Shown piece by piece: positions 1 through 10,900 of a stretch of 64,000 bases of DNA. The translations under genes and the position numbers were made by a program. Numbering within the stretch: position 1 is the stretch's first letter; each line of letters opens with the position of its first letter. Where the stretch lies: positions 310,001 through 374,000 of the forward strand of contig MU061464.1 of assembly GCA_013265495.1 (NCBI GenBank), read 5' to 3'. A model generated the notes under the pieces. That model saw only the letters and a program-made list of their open reading frames with translations, did no database searches and was not told the origin of the DNA. The stretch is from Vicugna vicugna. Its lineage: Eukaryota.

Positions 1-619
1 ACAGCACACTGATTTTCAGGGGTGACGTGCAGCAGCTATGGTGCAGCTGCTATAAAGAGCGTTGAACTTGGCCTCAAACATCTGGGCTGGGCTCCTGGGT
101 CCAGCATTTGTGAGCCGTGTGGCCATGGGCTGAATCCCTTCACTTCTCTGCGCCTCCGGTTTGCACTTGTGAAAAGTGGGGCAGTGAGTGACTCGCACCC
201 CAGGGAACTGCCGAAGGACTACCTTTCTAAGAAAATGACCTGTCACGAGCTCTGTGGTCCAAGCATCAGAGCCCTGGCTGCAAGCGCCCCCTCGGCCCAG
301 CCGCCTGGTAATGGTCATACACCGTCTTGGATTGTTGGCGCTTAAGGCGTGCCACCACCTCATTTTTGAATTCTCTTCAGAGCTTTCCTTGTGGAAAACC
401 TGGGCAGACAGCCAGATTACAGAAACCACGCATCACAGCCTTAAGCACCTGGAAGAGCCAGACAGGTAGTTTAAACGTGGGTCGGGCACAGGGAACGTGA
501 AGCACTTGTGGAGGAAAGGTTAGGAGGTGGTACAAAGGAGTGTTCCTCTGTTGCAGACAAGACAATATGCACAAAGTGGTAAAGGCCACCCCTCCCCGTG
601 AAACCAGGGACAATCAGGC

Positions 620-850
620 GTGGCCCCAGGCTTGAGGGCTGCTGAGCGAGAGGCAGCTGAAGGGAGCAGTACGGTTCGGCCCCAGCGCAAATTTGCTGTG
701 CAGGAGTTACTCCAGCGAAAGTGTTGGAAATCTGGATTTTTCTGTGACATTTCCTGATTATTAAATATTGGCAACTAATTAAAAATAATTTTTTTAAGAA
801 AACATGCTGCAGGTAAAATATATTTGCAGGCTGGAGGTTTACAGGTTGTC
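620..850 (+). mobile_element. hAT-Charlie DNA transposon fossil (MER103C-like)
   Basis: GGAAATCTGGATTTTTCTGTGACATTTCCTGATTATTAAATATTGGCAACTAATT matches the remembered 3' half of this MER; a related copy lies at ~16430-16680. Confidence 0.6.
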
Positions 851-2239
851 ACATAGAGAGAAGGGGGACAAACCCAGTTACTCACAAAACTCTCACTGCA
901 TGAGAAAGAAAGAAAAGAGCAAAGATTTTAAGAGATGACGCAAACGTCGATGAGGAAGGTGGCGAGAGGAACTATCAGTGCCCTGGAGATAAACTCCGGG
1001 GAATCTCAGGAATGGGAGGGCTCTGGGCACTTAGTCTCCGGTATCCAGATTTAGATCCAGATTTAGACGCATGGTCTTAGCTACCACGTGGCTCAGGTGC
1101 CCCGCTGGGCTGAGCAATGGCGCTGACTTGGAGAGTGTCCGGGAACATGAGCGTGGACCGTTGCCTCCTCTTATCCGCACGCACTGCCAGGGAGCAACCC
1201 GCCCCAGGAAAATGGGGACTTTCAGTTCCATGACTACCTCTCCATCTCAGCTTTATTTTCAAGTCATCTCCCGGCCACGCTGTTCTGAAGAGTCGTCAGA
1301 TGAAGTTTAGACCATGGTCAGACATCAGTCTCTCAAAACCAGAAATGCTGGCATCTCACCGGGGAGTAAGGAAACCCCACGGGCTGGCTTCTCTCCTCCT
1401 GGGCTCGCCTTCCTCCCTGCAGCCCCAGCCCTGCTCAGCCTCATCCTGACAGCTCAGGTGTCTGGCTGTGCTCGTCTGCTCTTCCCAGAGACACAGAGCT
1501 CGGAGGAGACACCCCAGCAGAGGGAGTTCTGAGCGGATTTTTAAACAGTCAGCTCACCATTTGAAAAGGGCCTTCATTCTTCCTTCCTCTTTTCAAACGA
1601 CCATACAAATCAGTTTGCTTTGGGAGCTGGTTCTGTTTTGTTTTGTTTCAAAGTATCGCCCAGTTCCTCTTCCCAGTGCGTTTTCTCAGGCTTTTTTTGT
1701 CATTTCAACTTTCGGTGGCCAAAACTGTAATTAAGATCCCACTTGCTATTCTGTGTCACATTTGTGGTCTTTTATGTCACTTAGACCTTACCTTGCAGCC
1801 AGACTAGAATCCATGGCAACTTTGCTACGGAACGTGGCAGTTTTAAAGTCAGTAATGTGTCACGAGGAAGCGAATGTTTAACCTTCTCTAGCTTGTTCTC
1901 GTCACTGCTGTGTTACTGTGCTTAAATGTTCTCCTCGGTAAGAATGTAATTGAGGACTTTGGAATTATTTTTTGGCATTTTTCCTGCTAACTCAGGTCAG
2001 CTCGTTTTCCTTTTCCTGTTGGCTAGGGGACTAACAAAAAGGTAGCACTTTCCACTAAGTTTCTTCTTTTGCCGCACAAACCACTAGGTGTTGTTTTAGC
2101 AAAAGGTCTGAATTTGGAGATTCTGAATATGAATGCCTTTTCTCAGTTAACAAACACCTAGAGAACAGAATTACATGAAAAAAATCTCTTCCTAGGAAAG
2201 ACTTCCCTGCATTTACATTGATTTGAAATCTGCAATGAA

Positions 2240-3750
2240 TTCATTCGTTCTTTAAAACACAGCTACTGAGTGCCTGCTGTGTGCCGCCACTATTCTGAAT
2301 GCCTGCGAACATGGCAGTGGGCAGGACAGGTGCACTTTCCCGTCTCCAAAGGGCTTGTGTTCTAGCACAGAGACAGAGACTGCACAAAATGTATGTAACC
2401 AGTAGGCGGTCAGTGCTCAGAGGAAAACGACAAAGCCAGGGAAGAGGAAGGGGAGCAGGCAGGCGTTCCACCTTAGACGCGGCTGTGTGTCGGGATGCAG
2501 GCTGGGGGAGAGCCGTGCAAGCCGCTGCGAGCCCCTGGCCTTTACTCCGAGTGATGTGCGGCGCCGCCGCAGGGCCCGGGCGCAGGAGTGAGGTGACTAG
2601 ACTTAATGTGTTAAAAGGGCTACCTGGGCTGCTGTTGAGAGTAGACTGCAGGGAGGGATGGGACAGCGGAGTGGAATGCAAGCACGCAGACTGGGGCAGT
2701 GGCTGGTGAGTGCGTCCAGGAGAGAGAACGGCGGAAGGAGCCAAGGTGCCGCACGGGAGGTGTGTATTTAGTAAGAAGAGCCAACAGGATTTCCTGCAGC
2801 TTTGACACAGGTTGTGAGAGGAAGAAGAGCCAAGGGTGATTCCAAGGCTTTTAGCCCAAGCGAGTGGGAAGATGGGCTTGCGATTTGCTGAGAGCGGGAA
2901 AGCTGTGTGTGTTGCACAGGTTTTGGAGGGAAACCGGAGTTCGGTTTTGGACTTAATTTCGAGGTATCTATTAGAGGTCTGGTGGGAAAGACAAATAAGC
3001 AGTTAGAGACGCAAATTAGCGCTCAGGAGGGGGAACCATGCTGGAGCTGTAAAGGTGCAGTTGTTGGCGTGGAGAGGGAATTCAACGCTCTGTGATGGGA
3101 TGAGCTCCTTGGAGGGAAGGCAGGAGAAGACAGTTTACCAAAGAGCAGGGACCGGTGAGCAGTGCTGCTGAGAAGTCAATTAAGGACCAAGAACTGCTTT
3201 AACAAAACGGAAGCTGTCAGTGTCCCGGGAAGCATCAATTTCAGTGATGCAATGGGAGTAAGATCGTGATTAGATTGAGCTGAAGAGAAAATGGAAAGAA
3301 CTAAATCGGAGACAATGAGTATAAGCAATTCTTTTGAAATGTTTAGATGAAAAGGAGAGGGAAGTGGAGTGCCTCCTCCCACTTTCCTCTTCTTTTTCTG
3401 TTTCTCTAGATGGGTTGAACCCATTTCACTTCTTGGACCTGTTTAAACTCTCAGCCTTGGAGGCAGGAAGCACATGGTCTCCCTTCTTCATAGCTGAGGA
3501 AACCTAAATGCTGGGGACCAGGCTAGAAATGAGCAGGTGGAGGGAGGAGAGCAGTGTGGAGAGGATGGAACCAGGCAGGGAGTGTGGGGTAACTCTCCAC
3601 AAGTCCTGACGTAACGTAAGGTCCAAAGGGGAAGGGAAATTGCCAGACTGCTGTACTTAGAAACAATATGGCGAAATTGAAACGAGAAAAACTAAGGGGG
3701 CATGTCTTAATCAACCACAATGAGGAGAAAGAAATGGACCTATGCCTTCT
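2240..3750 (-). mobile_element. L2 LINE fragments
   Basis: Begins with the reverse-complement L2 3' end (ttcattcg...ctactgagtgcctgctgtgtgcc), followed by purine-rich L2-type antisense sequence. Confidence 0.7.
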
Positions 3751-4619
3751 CAAATGGACTCAGGGAGAGATCAGATCAGGCTTGCCTGTCTGGCAATCCA
3801 GTGCTTCTTAATCGGTAGCCCTGGACTAAGCAGTCCCTTCACTGGGGAATTTTTTTTTAAAGCATAAACACCAAATTCAACCAGTTGAGAATCCGCACCA
3901 TATTCTCTGCCTTCCTGCCTGCTACTCTTAGAGATGGACTTAGCCATGTTCTTGTCAGAAGCCAGCCCCTTCGCTTTTGCACCAGATCTCATCTAGTCTC
4001 AAATGAGAGCTCTGACAATTGACTCCGGCGTCCTATGACTTCCCCCCTCCACAGGATGAGGACACTACTGCTTTACCACATGCCTGGGCTGAGCTCCGAC
4101 TAGGATGTATATGAGCTCCCAGGTGTTACAATATTACGTTAGCTGTTGTATTTATAATCACAAGAGACTAAGAAATCTGGTCGCACTTACAATATGCGGA
4201 CACACTTGGAATGGGTAACATTTACTGAGCAGAACCTTTGTTCTAGGCACTTGGCTAAGCCTTTTCCTATGTGATTGACTCCTTGGCCTCACAGTAACTG
4301 CAGAGATGTGCTATTGTGCCCATTCCAGAACCCGAGAGAGGTGAGAGAAAGAGAGAGGCTCAAATGATTTGAAATCCTGCAGCTCTCCACTCTCCAGCGT
4401 TACTGCAACTTTCCAAGCCGAATGTATTCCACGTGCACTTGTGTGTGGTTAAGCAGGTACACCCAGGTTCAACTCTGTCCCCCAGGGCTGTTCTTCACTC
4501 GATGGGGAGGAGTTCATCATGACATTATTCACGAGCTACCCCAGTGTACCTGGGGTCAATTTATAAAGCTTGATTTCTGTACAACTTTTCAAAAACATGT
4601 TTACAGATGAGTGAAATTC

Positions 4620-4790
4620 ATATTGCTTACCACACGTCGGGCACACGACTAGGCGACAAACAACGGAACAGTGCAAATCACCCCTCCAAGGAGCTCAGGT
4701 TCTCCTCTAGCAGGAAAGTCAGTCGTTCACTCATTCAGTGAGCATTACCGAGTGCCTTAGGGCATGCCAGGTGCTGTAATTTAGTAAACA
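4620..4790 (-). mobile_element. L2 3' fragments
   Basis: ttcactcattcagtgagcattaccgagtgcc...ccaggtgctg is the reverse-complement L2 tail motif. Confidence 0.55.
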
Positions 4791-5012
4791 CAAATCAGCG
4801 TAGAACTGTGACACTTGGTAGAAAGAGAGGCACGGGTAACGGCCTTTAGCTTCCGTGGTTCTGTTCGACGGCGCGTTGAAGTTTGGACCTCTGGAGCCGA
4901 GCTGCCAAGCTTAAAGCCCAGCCCTGCACCTCGAGACTGTGGGGTCTCGCACAGCTCAGACAACCTCTCCAGGCCCGCGCTTCCGCTCCCCAGCGCGAGG
5001 CTGGAATGGCAT

Positions 5013-5187
5013 TGACGTCACTGGGCGGCTGTGAGGGCTGAGCGCGGACGTGCGCAGCACTCCGCGCAGCGCCTGGCCTACCACAAGCACCGCGTTGGCT
5101 GTTGGCACTGTTGCTGTGACTCAGCGTCAACGCGTGCTGGAACAGTTGCCACGGCCTGTGACCATCACTCAGCAGAGGACGGTAAGT
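5013..5187 (+). promoter_or_regulatory. CRE (TGACGTCA) plus GC box upstream of a candidate short exon with donor ACG|GTAAGT
   Basis: TGACGTCA 5013-5020, GGGCGG just downstream, local CpG enrichment (~4810-5180), GT at 5182. Confidence 0.35.
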
Positions 5188-5479
5188 GCTCTGCGAGTCT
5201 TTTGACCAGAACTTCCTTGCAGCCTTATCACGTTTCCCCCACCTCATCCCTGTAGTCAAGTCCCGAGTGGCCCCGAATGCCTCTTCTGTCACATTTCTGC
5301 ATTTTGAATCCAACGCCACATCAGTTATCCTCCTCTGCCGCCTCCTCTGTTTGTTCTCCTGGGGAGCAGGCGAGGCTGACTTTTTTTTGCATCTTAGATC
5401 CTCAGAGTGAGCTTCACTATCTGTCTTTGCTACAGCTCTTCCCAGTTTTCTTTGAAATGCTTTGTTTATTACTTTTCTT

Positions 5480-6100
5480 ATTATCAAAATAAAAGGTGCT
5501 CAACAAAAAAACAATTCAAACGGACAGAAGTTTGTAACAGAAAGCACGTGGCCCCAGTAACCCCGCATCCAGAGACAACCACTGGTCATCGCTTTGTGAT
5601 GTATCTTTCCAGAGTTCCTCTAAACGTACTTTTCGGACAGAATATACAAATAAAAACGGGGCCACACTGTTCATATTGTCCTGCGACTTGCTTTTTTCAC
5701 TTACAGAGTTTGGACATCCTTCCATGTCAGTACAAATAGATCTCTTATTTTTATAAAATGAGTTAAGTTTGTCTAATCAGCTCCCTACTGGGATTTTGTT
5801 ACTAGGCTTTTACACCATTACGTTTCCTCTGTAACAATGTGGCAACGAGCATACTTGAACATATATTTTATACGTTTATGTAAATATCTCTGAAATACAT
5901 ACTTTTTGCACACATATACCCAAAGTATAAAGTCCTAGATGTGTAACTGTCAAAAAAAACACACACATTAATTTTACCCCAATTTGCCAAATTGTCCTCT
6001 AAAGGGATTTACCCAATTTGCACTCACATTTATAGTGTATGAGAATGTGTACCAGTTTCTCCACATTTGACTGTTTTTTGAGTATTACTTTTTTTCTTTT
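5480..6100 (-). mobile_element. Old L1 (L1ME-like) 3' end
   Basis: ccagagacaaccactgg...gtatctttccag...cttgcttttttcactta...catccttccatgtcagtacaaatagatctc follows the typical antisense L1ME 3'UTR pattern. Confidence 0.7.
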
Positions 6101-6894
6101 CTCAATTTATCCCAAACGTAAAATCACACTTCTCTCAAGTCTAGAATAACAGCTTTAAACACAAGGGAAGATCAAAACGTGGAACAAAATGTTTTTACAA
6201 ACAGCAAAACATTTCAAATTAATTACAGGGTAGGGAGGTGTTTTCAATCAGAGTGTCACCCCACTAGATATTAACAATTTTAAAACAGCTCTCACCGCCC
6301 AGATCGGCAAACTCGGCACCGCGATCAGATCACTTGCCACACAGCTGCTGCCTACACGCCTCCTTCTTTGCTGGGTGTGGGGAGCAGGAGAGGCTGCTGC
6401 CTGGAGGGACAGGGCACAGAAAGTGAGAAAGCAAGAGAAGGTCAGAGGGGCTCAAAGCCTAGTGTCGTCTTGTCAGTCGTCTAGGACGGTCCTCGGAGTG
6501 AGCTCTGGCCCTCTGTTCGCGCTCCTCCTCCTCAGGGAGGCTCTTCTTTGTTTCCGGGGCCTGATGAAAAAGTGCCCACAGCTAAGGGTCAGTTCTGCCC
6601 CCTCCTCTCTGAAGCCTTTCCTGAAGCCCTGGATAACCGCCCTCTTCACTGCCTCACGGGTCTGAGCACACACCTGAGTACCTGTAACGTTATGCGCAGC
6701 GTGCTTGTGAGAAACCAGATGTTGAGGAGATGCTGACTGAACATTCACTGACATGGAGAGATCTTGGTAGAAGAGAGATGAGGTTTCCCATTGTTCACAG
6801 AAATGGGTGGATTCCGAGTAAAGGCGATGTTGAAGTTCTGGGCTGGAACCAGCTGTCTTGATAAAAACCAACAATTCCAAACGCCTCTCCCTCC

Positions 6895-7201
6895 TGACGT
6901 CACTTCTTGACCTCTACTTCTCGCCACCCACGAAGAAGACTGCAAATACTCTTTGATCTTAAAGCAAAAACGAGAGGGAAAACCATCAGGTTGGAAAACA
7001 CCGTTCAGTGGAGGACCTCCTTTCACCTGCCTGCTTCTGATGCAAGACATTTTTGGCAAAAAGTGAGAGGGAGAAAGGGTAGACTCAGATTAACACAAGA
7101 ATCGACTCTCTAGTGTATCTTTACTAGCGGAGACAGAACCAACGAGGCTGGGAAGCTACTCGCGTCGAGAAAGTTGTATGTGCCCCAAGTCCCAGGTAAG
7201 T
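6895..7201 (+). promoter_or_regulatory. Second CRE (TGACGTCA) upstream of a consensus donor CAG|GTAAGT
   Basis: TGACGTCA 6895-6902; perfect U1-complementary donor with GT at 7196. Confidence 0.35.
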
Positions 7202-7289
7202 ACGTCCTCCTTGGGGTTGGAAGCCGCTGAAATGACTTTTACAAAAATTTCCCCACCATTTCACTGCGTCCCCCTCCACGCCCGGCCTT

Positions 7290-8720
7290 ACTGCCAGAGT
7301 TCTAATCGCTAGGACAGCCCCGGGAAGGGCGAAGGTGCCCGAAGTGGCCCCGCGCCCGCCTCGGACAGCGGCCGCAGGGTGCCGCGCCCTGCCCGGGGGG
7401 AGTGTGACAGGTGAGCGTCCGTTCGGGCGACCGCGACCTTCGGCGGCCGCCCCTCCCCGCCGCGCGCCCCTGCGCGCCGCCCCGCAGCCTCCCGCCGCCC
7501 AAGCCCGGCCCTGGGCCCCCGGCCTGGGGGACCACCCGGCCCCCGCGCGGCCCAGCCCGCCCGCTCGCCGGGCGGCGGAAGCGCGCGGACCCCCGGCAGG
7601 CGCGGGAGAGCGGCCGGGAGAGAGCGCGCCGTCACATGGAGGCCCGGGCCCGCGCCATTGGCTGCGGCCGAGCCAGTCGCGGCGCCCGCCGGCTGCGGTT
7701 GGTCCCGGGGCTGCGGCGCCTGCACGGGCCCGGAGTCCATGTTACGCTTTGTCTAATTCCCCCCGTTACAGAGTCATGTGCTGCTGCTCCCGCCGCCGCC
7801 GCTGCCGCCGCCCGTGGTGCCCCGGCTCCTCCGCCGCGCTTCGAGGTGGCAGCCGCGGGCGGGGCCGCGGGAGCAGGGTCCAGGGCGGCGGGCGCCTCCG
7901 CCGCCCCGGCGCGTCCCGGAGCAGCCGCCGCCCGCCGCGGGTGATGCCGCCGAGGGCCGGGCGCCGGCCTCCGCCCGCCCGGGCCCGAGGGCCGTTCCGC
8001 TTTCGGCAGTGTGAGCGGCGGGCGCCGCGGCGGCCGGCTGGGCCCTGCGGGGGGACGGTGCCTGCGCCCGCCTCCCGCCGGCTCCCCCCGCGCGCGCTCG
8101 CTTCTCTCGCCTCCTTCCGCCTCATCGGAAGGGCGGGGAGACCCGGTTGCGGCTTCGCTGGCTCTTCGCGGAGGCGGGTGCTGGGCGTCTGGCCTCGCTG
8201 GCCCGCTGCCCGGAAGGTGAGCCCTCCAAGTTCTCCAGAAACGCCTCCCCTTCGCCTCCTTCCCGCGCCGGGTGGGCTGGGCGGGGCGGCGAGGGCCCGT
8301 CCCGCCCCCGGCGCGAGGGGGAGGGAGCCGGGGCCCGCAGGTGCACCCAGCCCGCCGCGGGCCGTCTCCGGGTTGGGTACCGGTATAATCCGCTTCTAGC
8401 TTGTTTGGAAGCGTGGGCCCTTGGGAGCCGGACTTCGGTCGCATCTCGTGCAGGGGCTTGGAGAGGAGGAGTGTTGGGGGTGGCTGCTCAGAGAATCAAA
8501 CCCTCCGTTTACCGGAGGGTGGATGGGGCCTTCCTCTTTCCGCCCCCTTTATTTGGGGTATCCCTTACGGATGCAGAGATGAGGCTTTTTGGTTTCTTAA
8601 AAAGCCAGCCGCAGTAAAGAAGAGCTGCCACAGGTCGAGGGAAGAGAGGTAGGTCCCTGCTGGGGAGGGAGCGGTGGGGTGCGCGGTCTCTCTGGGACGC
8701 GCAGTTGGGGGCGCATGTGG
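7290..8720 (+). promoter_or_regulatory. CpG-island promoter 1
   Basis: Extremely GC- and CpG-rich stretch; ATTGG (CCAAT box) ~7657, GTCACATG E-box ~7631, several GC boxes; + strand donors at 7411, 8217 and 8649 suggest + transcription. Confidence 0.9.
7760..8216 (+). ncRNA. Candidate exon 1 of the upstream transcript (start approximate)
   Basis: Lies in the CpG island after the CCAAT box, has a (GCC)n leader and ends at a good donor AAG|GTGAGC (GT 8217-8218). No credible protein. Confidence 0.55.
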
Positions 8721-9091
8721 CAGAAGGTGGGGAGGCCGGGTTTCGGGAAAGAAGAAGTGCAAAGGTGACAGGGTGGGAGCACTTCGGAGGCAGGCAGAAG
8801 GGCAGGGCGTGGGCACTGGGGAGGCGGGCCCAGCTTGAGCCCCTGGGGCTCCTCAGACGTGGCTCCTGCGGATTTCCTCCCTTCCTCCTCCTCCTCGACT
8901 TTGGAAAGTACTTCTTGTTGGGCAGAGAAAGCTCCGAGGACATATGCTGAAGGAGATTCGGGAGTAAAGACGGAGAGCTGACTTCTGACAACTCTCCGTA
9001 GCAGCTTTGATGATGCAGTTCCGTCCAGGCGGCGTTTACCGAGCACCTACTACGTGTTCCCTGCGGGACCTTGGAAGAGCCCGGACGGGCA

Positions 9092-9476
9092 GGGAATTCC
9101 CGCCTGCAGTTGTGCTGAGGGCTCCTGGTGTCAGAAAGAGCCAAGGGCGCTTCCAAGTGCCAAGAATGGCAGTGATTCAGCCCCTCCCCGCCGAAGCCTC
9201 TGGGACCTCTGCATGGGGCAGGCCTCTGGAGAGAACCTGCATCGTAGCCAGTGAAAGGGGTCTTCAGGCAGCGGTTATTTTTACAGTCCGTTAGTACTGA
9301 CCAGACACGTCCCACCAGCTCCGGGAGGGTGAGAATTGTCTCTCCCTCTGTCTCCTATGTCGGTTGACTGAAGCCCTGTTAAAATGTAAGAGCAAGACAG
9401 GGAAACTCCAGGAGTGAAGAGAAGGACCCGGCCAAGCTGGAGTGTTCGGCCCCCATAGGCTAGGAAGGGAAACTCC
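9092..9476. promoter_or_regulatory. Cluster of three NF-kB consensus sites
   Basis: GGGAATTCCC 9092-9101, GGGAAACTCC 9400-9409 and GGGAAACTCC 9467-9476; all fit GGGRNNYYCC. Confidence 0.4.
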
Positions 9477-10059
9477 CATGAAATGATTAGGTAACCCACG
9501 CAGCTGGGGGGAAATCAAAAACCTTGAATTGGCAGGGTTTATGTATATGCTTGGACCTTTTATCTTAGATTTGTCTGGTTTTTATTGAGGGCGTATGCGC
9601 GAGTGCTTTGTTGATTAAAACTTAACACTTTAAAAGACTGGAGAGGAAACTGTCCTTACGTGACCCAGTTCCCCAGTCTCTTCCATTCCCATGCTGAGTG
9701 GTGTATGATGCAACGGTTCAAGTATTGAGCCATATTTGTATCTTTTTCTTCCTGCCAAAGTTTACAGAATTTTAAAAACTTGGTCAAAACTTGGCCTTTT
9801 AAAAAATATACTGTGCAGAGCCTTTTGATTAATTTAACTTTTTTGATGTGATTTCCATATCCCAACAGCTAAATTGTTTTGGCAGCTATTTTAGAAATTA
9901 GACTTGGTTCAATCTCAGACTGAAGGTGAATTGGCGAAGGAAAAGTCAAAATTTCATCAAACCTGTGTGCTCGTGATCACATACGTTCTTGAAGTGGCAG
10001 TTGGTGAAGGGTTTCGTGTATTTTCCGTATATCGTTGGAGCTGATGTTGACGTTCTGAG

Positions 10060-10900
10060 GAACACCAGTCATTATTTACTGAGTGCCGGCAGTAAGCCGA
10101 GAGCAAGAGTGGCACTGAGGCGCCTCACCAAAGGGCAGGTAAGCCAGGGCCACGCGAGACCACCACCAGAAGCCAGGGAGCGCCTCTGCCTACCGAGGTG
10201 GAAAGGGTGTGTGGAGCCAGCTGGGACTGCTGTGTGTGTTTGGGAAGGGAGAGGGAGCGCTGTTAGGGGAAGCTTTGAGGCTGGCCATAGGTCAAAAATA
10301 GGTCTGCCTGGCTGGCGCAGAGGACATGGCTGATGAAGGGAGGTCGGGGCCATCTGGTCAGTGGGAACCTTGAACCACACAAGTCAGCGGTGTTAATCAT
10401 TTGCCTCAAGAAGAAGTAGTCTCAGCAGGGGGTGATTTTTGTCTCCCAGCAGTCTTTTGGCAATATCTGCAGACATTTTTATGTTTGCTTGTCCTGGCTA
10501 GGAGGCAGGTGCTACTGACACCTGGTGCACAGAGGCCAGGGGTCCTGCTAAACACCCTGCAGTGTGCAGGCCATGCCCGTGGCAGAGTTGTCCTGCCCAG
10601 AGTGTCTCCCTGCCAGAGCCAGGGCGGAGAAGCCCCGCCTCGACAGGGCAGGTAAAGGCTGCTACGAGGTGGACTTACATCTCAGAACAGGTCTTGAAGA
10701 AGGAGGTGTTGACAGGTGAGGAAGGATGCTGAGGTTCGGAAGCAGGTCTAGGATGCTTCGCGGTGCTCAGGCCCAAAGTGATTAGGATCCGGGCAAACCC
10801 TAGTCAGAGGAAAGGCGTTTCTGAGAGATCATGGCAGCAGGGCAGTGTGGCAGGGTCAGGGGCGTCCTGGAACCAGACTGGAGTTTTAGAGAAGTCTTGG
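10060..10900 (-). mobile_element. L2 fragments interrupted by MER20
   Basis: gtcattatttactgagtgcc L2 tail at ~10068, with purine-rich L2-type sequence on both sides of the MER20. Confidence 0.5.
10415..10636 (+). mobile_element. MER20 (hAT-Charlie)
   Basis: ggggtgattttgtctcccagc...ttggcaatatctgcagacattttt...ggtgctactgacacctggtgcacagaggccagggg...ctgctaaacaccctgca matches the MER20 consensus colinearly over near full length. Confidence 0.85.

Noticed and set aside
1043-1066. 12-bp tandem duplication (ATCCAGATTTAG)x2
   Set aside because: Ordinary slippage-scale duplication.
4846-5487. 213-aa minus-strand ORF
   Set aside because: No domain; runs from an L1 edge into a CpG patch; no supporting splice structure.
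7309-8617. Long ORFs in CGI-1 (354 aa +, 270 aa -, and others)
   Set aside because: Low-complexity Arg/Pro/Ala/Gly translations in many overlapping frames; stop-codon scarcity from extreme GC content; no recognisable domain.
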